Position numbers and translations under genes: made by a program
Part shown: positions 1-7,148 of the stretch, in pieces
Layout of the letters: each line of letters opens with the position of its first letter
Position numbering within the stretch: position 1 is the first letter of the stretch
Notes under the pieces: model-generated
Database searches by the model: none
What the model saw: only the letters and a program-made list of their open reading frames with translations
What the model was told of the DNA's origin: nothing
Virus record (IMG/VR): IMGVR_UViG_3300041405_000148
Coordinates: 25,310-89,309 of that record
Length of the DNA: 64,000 bases
Reading direction: 5' to 3' (one strand)
DNA from: a virus
Lineage: Duplodnaviria > Heunggongvirae > Uroviricota > Caudoviricetes

Positions 1-846
1 TTTTTCAACACGCTCTGCTTCTGCTTTTTCTACAGCAACCAAGCGGGTCTGTGCATCAGTTAAAGACTTTTTAAGATCTTCTTTTTCTTGTTTTTCAGCT
101 TGAACAGCTTCATCAACCAGACTCTTTAGGAGTTCCTTGGCTTCTTCGCTTTTCAGAATTTCTTTAATATCCAATTGAGGTTCCTCATTTGTTTTTATGA
201 TTACTTCAGAGGGATCATTCTCCTCTGATTTAATGTCCTCTGATTTAATCACAGAGTGTTTTTCTATCTGTAGTTTTTGTTTCGCAATCAGCTCAGATAC
301 TTTAGTTTTAACATCCTCACGAGATTCAGATTTAACTAAAAGAGCCAAGACTTCTGCTTCAACAGTGTCACGTACAGAATCAGAAACTAAAACTTCACCA
401 TCTATTTCAACATAGCTGGATAAAGAGATAACAGGAGTAGCCACATCATTTAACGTAACAGTTGTTCCATTTATTGAGTAACTTACTGAATATAATCCTT
501 CATCAGTTAAAAATATTGCGATAGTGTCGTCATAATCTACAAGCCAGGTAATTTCCCACCAGTCAACATAATTCTTGTCGCTGATAGCATCTTGAAGAAG
601 ACGATAAGTGTCATTTGCAAAAAGAGCTTTTTCTAATTTTTCGGTGTTGACACCAATCTCTTTTAGCTTTAAAATCATCTCATCGTTAACTTCTAAATTA
701 TCTGATTTGAATAAAAGTGGTTTGTTGTAACCAGAAGCAGCACCACCTTGAAAGTCAAAGGTAAGAGCAATATGTGCTCCAAGTGTGTCTTCTGATTCTT
801 CGAAGTCAAATGTAACGTCTTCGAGGTATGCGGATGGTTTTGCCAT
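1..846 (-). CDS. Head scaffolding-type protein (partial, runs off window start)
   Basis: Not in ORF track. ATG at 846 overlaps the protease stop (TAATG) after a GGAGG SD. Reads MAKPSAYLEDVTFDF... (first ~100 codons translated by hand, no stop). Acidic/Lys-rich; follows portal-protease. Confidence 0.7.
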   Translation of the reverse strand, partial: MAKPSAYLEDVTFDFEESEDTLGAHIALTFDFQGGAASGYNKPLLFKSDNLEVNDEMILKLKEIGVNTEKLEKALFANDTYRLLQDAISDKNYVDWWEITWLVDYDDTIAIFLTDEGLYSVSYSINGTTVTLNDVATPVISLSSYVEIDGEVLVSDSVRDTVEAEVLALLVKSESREDVKTKVSELIAKQKLQIEKHSVIKSEDIKSEENDPSEVIIKTNEEPQLDIKEILKSEEAKELLKSLVDEAVQAEKQEKEDLKKSLTDAQTRLVAVEKAEAERVEK

Positions 847-1325
847 TAATCCTCCAAAGGTACTCGTCTACCACGAGCGCCAATAGAAATTCCTTTAAAG
901 ATACCATCTTTCCTTTTTTGCCAGAGTTCAGGATCATGGAATTTCAGTTTAACGAGTGGCAACCCTTCAGGAACAAGCTCATCTCCGATCATACAATCGC
1001 ACTCATTAACCCAAGCTCTAGTTGGTGAGAATTGATCGGTGTTTACAGCGTGTCCGAAGTTACCTTTAATTTTATGGATGTTGGTATTGAAGTTATCTAC
1101 CATTTTACGAATCTCAGCTTCTGTCATAGCCTCTCCGTGAGCATCAGCTTCTAACGGAGCACAATAAAGGACTTCGATACTTTCCATCTTTTCATCTTCA
1201 AATTTCTTTACAACAGGAACTGAAAGATCTTGTGGAGGAATATCGAAATCTTCATCAGGAGCAGATTCGACAAATTTTTTAAATAACTCAACTATGGTTG
1301 ACTTGTTTAACAAAGTTTTCTCCAA
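846..1325 (-). CDS. Prohead protease (XkdF/peptidase S78-like)
   Basis: DAHGE, H, W-x-N-E and GISIG motifs; lies between portal and scaffold; TTG start. Confidence 0.75.
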   Translation of the reverse strand: MEKTLLNKSTIVELFKKFVESAPDEDFDIPPQDLSVPVVKKFEDEKMESIEVLYCAPLEADAHGEAMTEAEIRKMVDNFNTNIHKIKGNFGHAVNTDQFSPTRAWVNECDCMIGDELVPEGLPLVKLKFHDPELWQKRKDGIFKGISIGARGRRVPLED

Positions 1326-1351
1326 AATAATTAAGTTATTTCCTAATACTC

Positions 1352-1380
1352 ATTGTATAGGAAGTTTTTAAGAAAGTCAA
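1352..1380 (-). promoter_or_regulatory. Sigma70-like promoter
   Basis: TTGACT-17-TACAAT upstream of protease. Confidence 0.7.
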
Positions 1381-1411
1381 CATATTTATCAAAAAATATT
1401 AAATATATTTA

Positions 1412-2992
1412 TTAAGATGCATTTTCTGTGTTAAGAGAAGATGTGTCGTCTACAGCTACAGCAGTTGAAGTTCCGTTCCCGTTTGTCCCTTGTGCCATAC
1501 CATCTCCAGAACGACTTGTAGAGTTAGGAACAAACTTAGCCATGAAATCTGCCAGTTTATTTTCATCTAAAAGTATTTCATCAGGGATTTGATATTTAAT
1601 CCCACACATGGACATAAACTCATTCATAACTTCTGGTGTCAGTGGTACAGCACCTACAGCAATAATACGCTGGATCATTTTTGAGTTTGCTTCTATGTCT
1701 GGATCACCTACTTCACCAGGTACGAATACAGGCATATCTTCATCAGAAAGATACATACCGTTGAGTGCTAATAACTGTGGAATAAAATCTTTATTCAGGA
1801 CATCAGTACAACCCTTAACATCATGCTCTACGAACTGAGAATGCAAGTTTTGTTTGTTATCACTAAGGTTATAAGAACCACCATCACCAGAACCCATAAT
1901 AAGTACATAAGCACCGAAGCCATCATAAATATCTTTCTTACGTTCATTCTTTAAAGTCTGTGTGTCAAATTGCTTACCAGAACCTTCAATACCTAAGAAC
2001 TTTATTGAGTACTGTTTTATACCATTACCTTGTTCTTGAACATCAGAAGGTATGATCATAAAACTTTGTTCGCCAGCATGGAGGTTTGCCATTTGGCTTT
2101 TCAGCACTTCAATACTATATGCTTCATCACTGTTAGGATCTTCAGCTGCCTTATTCATGATTTCTGCTGGTACTTCTAATACAGGCATACCACCCATATC
2201 TTTTGCCACACCAACGACTTCATACTCAGCAATAAGAGTTTTCTCTTTCCAAGGTCTGTACAGACTTGCCAGAGGTGATTTACCCATTGGATTTGTATCA
2301 GTGATTTGTTCACCAAAAAGTAAGAATTTATTCCTTGGAATATAAATCTCACCAACTAATGGTACAGTATTTCCATCAGTGAATGAAGTTGCATTTGGAA
2401 TATTCTGATAAACACCAAGAACTTCTCTTCCATCTTCTGAGTACTTAAATGGACGACTCTTTCTCAATGTTGTCTGGGGTCTTGCTGCAAGTTTTTTGAC
2501 TTTGTATTTACCTACATATTCACCACTAAGAACTTTGGTATAAACTTTCTCAAGAACAGAAAAGCCATGAACTTTATAAGTTAGTGCCTCTCTTATTGCT
2601 TGTTTTAAAGTTTGACCATCCATGTTCTTCAAACACCACTTTACAAACTTAGCGGCATCCTCTGACTGTTTGCTCTCTTTATTAAAAGTAACTTCGAAAT
2701 CATCAAAAGCTCTCTCAACAAAAAGTCCATTAGCGCGAAGTGCTGTAGCGACATCCTGATCTAAGGCCATTTCTTCAAATGTATCTATACAACGAGGCCA
2801 TGCAATTTCATAATCCTTGATGAAACTTGTGTAGATGTTTATTGTGCTTAAAGCTGTAGTACCAATCTCCCCTAATTTTAGACGAGATGTTACTTGATCT
2901 GTGTTGCCAGCTTTGCTAACATCTCCTGACTGAGATTTCTTAGAGAGATTGTCCCAATAAGGAGATTTCTTGGTGTAGTTTCTTTTTGCCAA
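1412..2992 (-). CDS. Portal protein
   Basis: 526 aa, follows terminase, DUF935-like motifs (GKSPL..LYRPW, GMPV). Confidence 0.85.
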   Translation of the reverse strand: MAKRNYTKKSPYWDNLSKKSQSGDVSKAGNTDQVTSRLKLGEIGTTALSTINIYTSFIKDYEIAWPRCIDTFEEMALDQDVATALRANGLFVERAFDDFEVTFNKESKQSEDAAKFVKWCLKNMDGQTLKQAIREALTYKVHGFSVLEKVYTKVLSGEYVGKYKVKKLAARPQTTLRKSRPFKYSEDGREVLGVYQNIPNATSFTDGNTVPLVGEIYIPRNKFLLFGEQITDTNPMGKSPLASLYRPWKEKTLIAEYEVVGVAKDMGGMPVLEVPAEIMNKAAEDPNSDEAYSIEVLKSQMANLHAGEQSFMIIPSDVQEQGNGIKQYSIKFLGIEGSGKQFDTQTLKNERKKDIYDGFGAYVLIMGSGDGGSYNLSDNKQNLHSQFVEHDVKGCTDVLNKDFIPQLLALNGMYLSDEDMPVFVPGEVGDPDIEANSKMIQRIIAVGAVPLTPEVMNEFMSMCGIKYQIPDEILLDENKLADFMAKFVPNSTSRSGDGMAQGTNGNGTSTAVAVDDTSSLNTENAS

Positions 2993-3037
2993 GATTATTT
3001 CCTCTTACGTTGAATGTATATTACTAATCTAATACTC

Positions 3038-3066
3038 ATTTTACACTAAAAAGGTTATAATGTCAA
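3038..3066 (-). promoter_or_regulatory. Sigma70-like promoter
   Basis: TTGACA-17-TAAAAT upstream of portal. Confidence 0.75.
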
Positions 3067-3076
3067 CAAAGTTACT

Positions 3077-4633
3077 TTATCTTCTTCTCCTACGACTTTT
3101 TATTGTTGGAGCTGAAACAACAGGGATCTTAACTGCTGTGAAAATGACCTCTTTACAAAGGGTATTATATGCAGAAGCGGCACTATCCGCCCAATCATCT
3201 TTTCTGGTAGATGTAGACCTATCACCATTAAAAGATTCTAATTCTTTATAAAAAGCTTCCAGTGTTGCAGAGTTAGGGAAACTATCTTCCACAATATAAA
3301 CTGAACCATTTTGACAAGCAGAACTGAAAGGCATAAACCTGATCATTTTCTTTTGGTTAGAAGGTGTCGGATCTGGTTTAACTTTAAAACCACTTTGATT
3401 TAACTTTTTAGCAGCTTCTGTATACTCTACAATACCTGCTGCCGGGTCTTTCGGTAAAATGATAGTACACTCATAACCATCAATTTCAGCTTGAGATGCA
3501 ATTAATTTATCCCTGTCGCCTGGTCTTTTCCTGAACCTGCCATAAACCATAGTCTTTTCATCAAAGGTTTCATCATCATAATCACCAAAGATATAAATGA
3601 ATCCATCTTTATCTTTCGCCATTTTAACTGATGCTGTAAAGTCAGGGTGTCTGTTTGTATCAGAAGGTTCATTATATGCTTTATCCCAAGCACGAACAAA
3701 CTTAAAACTTCTTCTAAAATCTTTCGGCAAGTCTGCAAGTTTCTTCGTGTGCAACCACTCTCTATCCCATACGTTAGCACCTTCAGGACGAACAAGCCAG
3801 TTTCCATCTAAAAGACGAGCACGTTGAATTTTGGTCTGAGCTTTTAGGTTAGAAAGATATTTAGGGTTAGCACGGATCAGTTCAGGGTTGTCAAATATGT
3901 TCCCATTGATGAAGCAGAAAGTCATAGGTGGAACATAGACTCGTTCACCTGTATTATCATTGTCAACATAACATAAATCTGGGTATTCCAGAGCGAGTTC
4001 TTCTGGCGTATCTGCGAAAACTGGTTTGTCTTCTACAATAACGAAATAACGTATTTTACCACAACGGTCTTCACGTGGGTAACCTTCTTCATCAAGATAC
4101 CACTGAACCCAAGATAATACCCAACTGTCCGGGTCTGGGTTAGTTGAAGCCATACAGAACGAATCTGTCTCTGACGCAGAACGCAGACGACCTATTAGAT
4201 AAAGGAATTGTGTCTGGGAAAAGTGCGTCAGCTCATCAAAGGCTACCATTGAATACTGTAGACCCTGATGGTTACCTTCCGCATCGCCTTCATTCTCCAA
4301 GTGGGTGAATTTTAATGTACCACCTTTGGTGTTTCCAAAGATGATCTCCATATCTTTCTCACGGATTCGTGGTTGAAGTTGCGAGTAAAGTTTTTTAGCT
4401 TCTGTAAATAATCCACCTGCACCTCTGAGTGGTGGCGATGTTCTACGAAAAAGAACACCTTCAAAATTTGGATCGTGAGCTGCATATTTTAAAGCTTTCA
4501 AAAGAATTAAACGAGACTTACCTGAACCAGCAGCACCACCGTATATCATTACGTCAGCTTTTGTATCCAGGGCCATTTTCTGTTTTCCTTCTTGAGCTTT
4601 AAAAACAATCTCTTGTTGTTTCTTAATAGCCAA
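3077..4633 (-). CDS. terL: Terminase large subunit
   Basis: Walker A YGGAAGSGKS, Walker B VAFDE, coupling motif ASTNP, C-terminal nuclease AWD...KDDWAD. Confidence 0.95.
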   Translation of the reverse strand: MAIKKQQEIVFKAQEGKQKMALDTKADVMIYGGAAGSGKSRLILLKALKYAAHDPNFEGVLFRRTSPPLRGAGGLFTEAKKLYSQLQPRIREKDMEIIFGNTKGGTLKFTHLENEGDAEGNHQGLQYSMVAFDELTHFSQTQFLYLIGRLRSASETDSFCMASTNPDPDSWVLSWVQWYLDEEGYPREDRCGKIRYFVIVEDKPVFADTPEELALEYPDLCYVDNDNTGERVYVPPMTFCFINGNIFDNPELIRANPKYLSNLKAQTKIQRARLLDGNWLVRPEGANVWDREWLHTKKLADLPKDFRRSFKFVRAWDKAYNEPSDTNRHPDFTASVKMAKDKDGFIYIFGDYDDETFDEKTMVYGRFRKRPGDRDKLIASQAEIDGYECTIILPKDPAAGIVEYTEAAKKLNQSGFKVKPDPTPSNQKKMIRFMPFSSACQNGSVYIVEDSFPNSATLEAFYKELESFNGDRSTSTRKDDWADSAASAYNTLCKEVIFTAVKIPVVSAPTIKSRRRRR

Positions 4634-4662
4634 GCGGCCTCCTTATTAGTTAATCTAATGTT

Positions 4663-4692
4663 AGTATACCCCCTTAACATAACTTTTGTCAA
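4663..4692 (-). promoter_or_regulatory. Sigma70-like promoter
   Basis: TTGACA-18-TATACT upstream of terL. Confidence 0.6.
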
Positions 4693-4721
4693 GAGTCAAT
4701 AGATTTATCTAAATTTAGGCA

Positions 4722-4746
4722 ATAAAAAACCACCCGAAGGTGGTTG
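4722..4746 (-). terminator. Rho-independent terminator closing the tRNA operon
   Basis: AACCACC-TTCG-GGTGGTT followed by T-run on minus strand. Confidence 0.8.
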
Positions 4747-4827
4747 ATTATTTTTGCAGGTCTCACTCTTATACCGGGCTTAAATTGCATACCATCCCGA
4801 TAGAGTCCCTGTATGCTGCACTGCAAA

Positions 4828-4901
4828 TTGTGTGGGACTGTGGATTCTAACCACGTCTTAGATACCCTGTACCTACGTTCTCCATTGAACTATGTCCCAA
4901 C
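4828..4901 (-). pseudogene. Degenerate tRNA (Pro-like)
   Basis: Cloverleaf possible, but loop ACAGGGT lacks U33, T-loop is TTAGAAT, 3' end is CAA. Confidence 0.5.
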
Positions 4902-4902
4902 T

Positions 4903-4979
4903 TGGTACACCGTACAGGAGTCGAACCTGTAACCTACTGCTTAGAAGGCAGCTAAACTATCCAATTGTTCTAACGGTGC
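4903..4979 (-). tRNA. tRNA-Arg(TCT)
   Basis: GCACCGT/ACGGTGT acceptor, loop CTTCTAA, T-loop TTCGACT, CCA. Confidence 0.9.
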
Positions 4980-5031
4980 ATTTTATCTTATATCCATTAT
5001 ACTTTCAACATCCTTAAAGTACAATCTTTTT

Positions 5032-5117
5032 TGGTACCTCCAGCCAGACTCGAACTGACACAACCAATAGTCGAGGGATTTTAAATCCCTTGTGTCTACT
5101 AATTTCACCATCTGGGC
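5032..5117 (-). pseudogene. tRNA-Leu(TAA) with disrupted acceptor stem
   Basis: Anticodon arm AGGGA-TTTAAAA-TCCCT; acceptor GCCCAGA/TGGAGGT has 3 mismatches. Confidence 0.65.
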
Positions 5118-5123
5118 AAATAT

Positions 5124-5309
5124 TTACTCTTGTATATCCTGATAAGCCGATTTATAACCACGATTCCAGGCATATTGCAACATAAGATTAAGACTTTTTA
5201 GTTGATCTTCACTCCATCCTTTTGTGGAAGGAATATTTTTATTTGAAGAATCTGCATTACTTGCATCTTCCATAATTTCATTAACATCATTATGAATATA
5301 ACCAGCCAT
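5124..5309 (-). CDS. Hypothetical protein (61 aa, MAGYIH...)
   Basis: SD GAGG upstream of ATG at 5309; the longer track ORF overlaps a tRNA. Confidence 0.6.
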   Translation of the reverse strand: MAGYIHNDVNEIMEDASNADSSNKNIPSTKGWSEDQLKSLNLMLQYAWNRGYKSAYQDIQE

Positions 5310-5341
5310 TTTTATAACCTCAAACTTAAATAGTTTAATTA

Positions 5342-5418
5342 TGGTAGCCCTTGTTGGACTTGAACCAGCGATCAATCGATTATAAGTCGAGTACTCTGAC
5401 CAACCGAGCTAACGGTGC
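5342..5418 (-). pseudogene. tRNA-Ile(TAT) with disrupted acceptor stem
   Basis: Loop CTTATAA; acceptor GCACCGT/AAGGGCT poorly paired. Confidence 0.6.
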
Positions 5419-5424
5419 ATTGTT

Positions 5425-5510
5425 TGGTGGAAGGTGTGGGATTTGAACCCACGAACCCTTTCGGATTTACACATTAGCAGTGTGCTGTCTTACCACTTGA
5501 CTAACCTTCC
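5425..5510 (-). tRNA. tRNA-Ser(GCT)
   Basis: GGAAGGT/ACCTTCC, loop CTGCTAA, long variable arm, CCA. Confidence 0.95.
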
Positions 5511-5516
5511 TTAAAA

Positions 5517-5625
5517 ATGTTTATGTCCGGCACTCTCTACAGGTGGTCAATCCCGTCTATAGGGCATCCACATCTATTGTGGTTGACCTAGCCCCTAAGA
5601 TGAAAGAAAGCACCAGCATAAACAC
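5517..5625 (-). ncRNA. Putative structured ncRNA
   Basis: Long closing stem GTGTTTATGCTGGTGC/GTGCCGGACATAAACAT; internal junction GGTCAA/TTGACC with two hairpins. Confidence 0.55.
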
Positions 5626-5633
5626 TTTAAAAT

Positions 5634-5709
5634 TGGAAGACGGTACGGGACTCTAACCCGCATGTAACGAATTTGCAATTCGCTGCCTAAAACATTCAGC
5701 CAACCGTCC
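5634..5709 (-). tRNA. tRNA-Cys(GCA)
   Basis: Loop TTGCAAA, paired acceptor, atypical T-loop TTAGAGT, CCA. Confidence 0.8.
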
Positions 5710-5805
5710 TATTGAATTAGTGTCCGTATCGTGGACTAACGTTTCACTTCGCAGGTGAAATTCTTCTTCTAGCAGAAGATGGTATGACTAGTCAGGATTG
5801 TTTGG

Positions 5806-5932
5806 TTTAGAGTCCTTAGTTCCTCAAACCTCTACTGAGGATGAAAGTACATGTACCAGTCATCCCGTTCGTTTTCTGCGGCCTCTGCCTTTCGACACTC
5901 CACTGAGTAGGACCTTTCCTAAGAACTCTAAA
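5806..5932 (-). ncRNA. Putative structured ncRNA
   Basis: 14-bp closing stem TTTAGAGTTCTTAG/CTAAGGACTCTAAA; GAAA-tetraloop hairpin and two further hairpins. Confidence 0.6.
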
Positions 5933-5934
5933 TT

Positions 5935-6056
5935 TGGCGCTCATCCGAGGATTCGAACCTCGATACCTTCTGGTGGCCTACCAGCGTAGCACTTACCATC
6001 TCAACCTTTCATAGCCTTGGGTTGCAACCCTATCTATCCTCAGTTGGTGCATGAGC
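5935..6056 (-). ncRNA. 122-nt tRNA-like RNA (acceptor + T-arm + CCA, non-tRNA core)
   Basis: GCTCAT/ATGAGC-G-CCA, T-arm CGAGG-TTCGAAT-CCTCG; D and anticodon arms replaced. Confidence 0.7.
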
Positions 6057-6062
6057 ATTGTT

Positions 6063-6150
6063 TGGTGCGTCTGGTCGGGATCGAACCGACATGCCCATTA
6101 CGGGCGGGAGATTTTAAGTCTCCTGTATATACCAATTTCACCACAAACGC
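6063..6150 (-). tRNA. tRNA-Leu(TAA)
   Basis: GGAGA-CTTAAAA-TCTCC, long variable arm, paired acceptor, CCA. Confidence 0.95.
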
Positions 6151-6158
6151 ATTAAATC

Positions 6159-6431
6159 TTATTCTTTGTCTTGACCTTTACGATCTTTCTTCGTCTTGCC
6201 AGTACGAATACGATGTGAAGCAGCGATAACTGTACCACCCTCTGTACGAGAGGTTGACTCCCAGTAATACTCTACATTACCATCTTCATCTTTACGCTTC
6301 TTCATCACAGAAGTTGTTGTAGTCTTTCCACCCAGACGAATCTGACGTGGATCAGAATGAGTCTGTGTAGACTTAGACTGAAACTGGAAAGGCTGAATGA
6401 TTGCATCAATTGCAGAAGTTTTATTAGTCAT
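6159..6431 (-). CDS. Hypothetical protein (90 aa)
   Basis: AGGAG SD, fills intergenic space. Confidence 0.7.
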   Translation of the reverse strand: MTNKTSAIDAIIQPFQFQSKSTQTHSDPRQIRLGGKTTTTSVMKKRKDEDGNVEYYWESTSRTEGGTVIAASHRIRTGKTKKDRKGQDKE

Positions 6432-6455
6432 ATTTATTCTCCTATTATTTAATTT

Positions 6456-6530
6456 TGGTGGCCCCCCAGGGTTACGATCCCTGCCTAAAGTCTTATGAGG
6501 ACTCTACTCTCGCCAGTGAGTTATGGGGCC
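6456..6530 (-). tRNA. tRNA-CAT (Ile2-like or Met)
   Basis: Loop CTCATAA; GGCCCC acceptor as in enterobacterial Ile2. Confidence 0.8.
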
Positions 6531-6562
6531 TTGTGTCTATTCACTTACTTTACCAGAATTCA

Positions 6563-6733
6563 CTACTTCGTGTCAACTGATTGTTGTACTAATTTTTCAT
6601 CTTTTTCTTTGGGGCGTCGTTCAGCAAGAAGTTCTCTTGCTGTCTTGACTCGGCCAAGTTTAACATCAGTCTCAGATAAGTCAACAATTTTTAAAATTGA
6701 ATCCATATCAGTGTTATTGATTTCTTTTTCCAT
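6563..6733 (-). CDS. Hypothetical protein (56 aa, MEKEINNTDM...)
   Basis: Not in track; GAGGTG SD, open frame translated by hand. Confidence 0.6.
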   Translation of the reverse strand: MEKEINNTDMDSILKIVDLSETDVKLGRVKTARELLAERRPKEKDEKLVQQSVDTK

Positions 6734-6748
6734 TACGCACCTCTAACT

Positions 6749-6780
6749 AAAAAAGGACACCAAGTTGCCCTGATGTCCTT
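6749..6780 (-). terminator. Terminator after lpp
   Basis: AAGGACATCAG/CTTGGTGTCCTT stem plus T-run. Confidence 0.65.
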
Positions 6781-6813
6781 ACTATAATCGAAGTGCTTAC
6801 TTCAAGTCAACCA

Positions 6814-7047
6814 TTATTTACGATAAGTTGTCACTTGATTATCAAGACGTTGGTTAGCACGTGCTGCTTCACCTTTAGCCTGATCTACATCCTGACGTAG
6901 AGAAACAACATCTTTCTCTAAAACATCAACTTTCTGTTGAACAACTTTTACATCCGTTTGAACTTGGTCAAGGGTAGCATGTTCAGAAGAACAACCAGCT
7001 AAAGCCAGAGTACCTGCAAGGATTGCACCAAGAATTACTTTATTCAT
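6814..7047 (-). CDS. lpp: Braun (murein) lipoprotein homolog
   Basis: Lipobox LAGC-SS, heptad coiled coil, AARANQRLDN and C-terminal YRK as in E. coli Lpp. Confidence 0.93.
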   Translation of the reverse strand: MNKVILGAILAGTLALAGCSSEHATLDQVQTDVKVVQQKVDVLEKDVVSLRQDVDQAKGEAARANQRLDNQVTTYRK

Positions 7048-7148
7048 TATTAAATCTCCTTTATTGAGTTGATGCGGAAAATCCGCTATAGGACTATCTT
7101 AACATAATCAAAACCTTAAGGCTTTGAGATTAATCTTATTTATTTAAA

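Noticed and set aside
4753-4827. TTTGCAG...CTGCAAA-bounded segment as an ncRNA
   Set aside because: Only short, competing complementarities; insufficient support by eye.
5935-6056. tmRNA
   Set aside because: Far too short, no tag ORF and no G3:U70 alanine identity.
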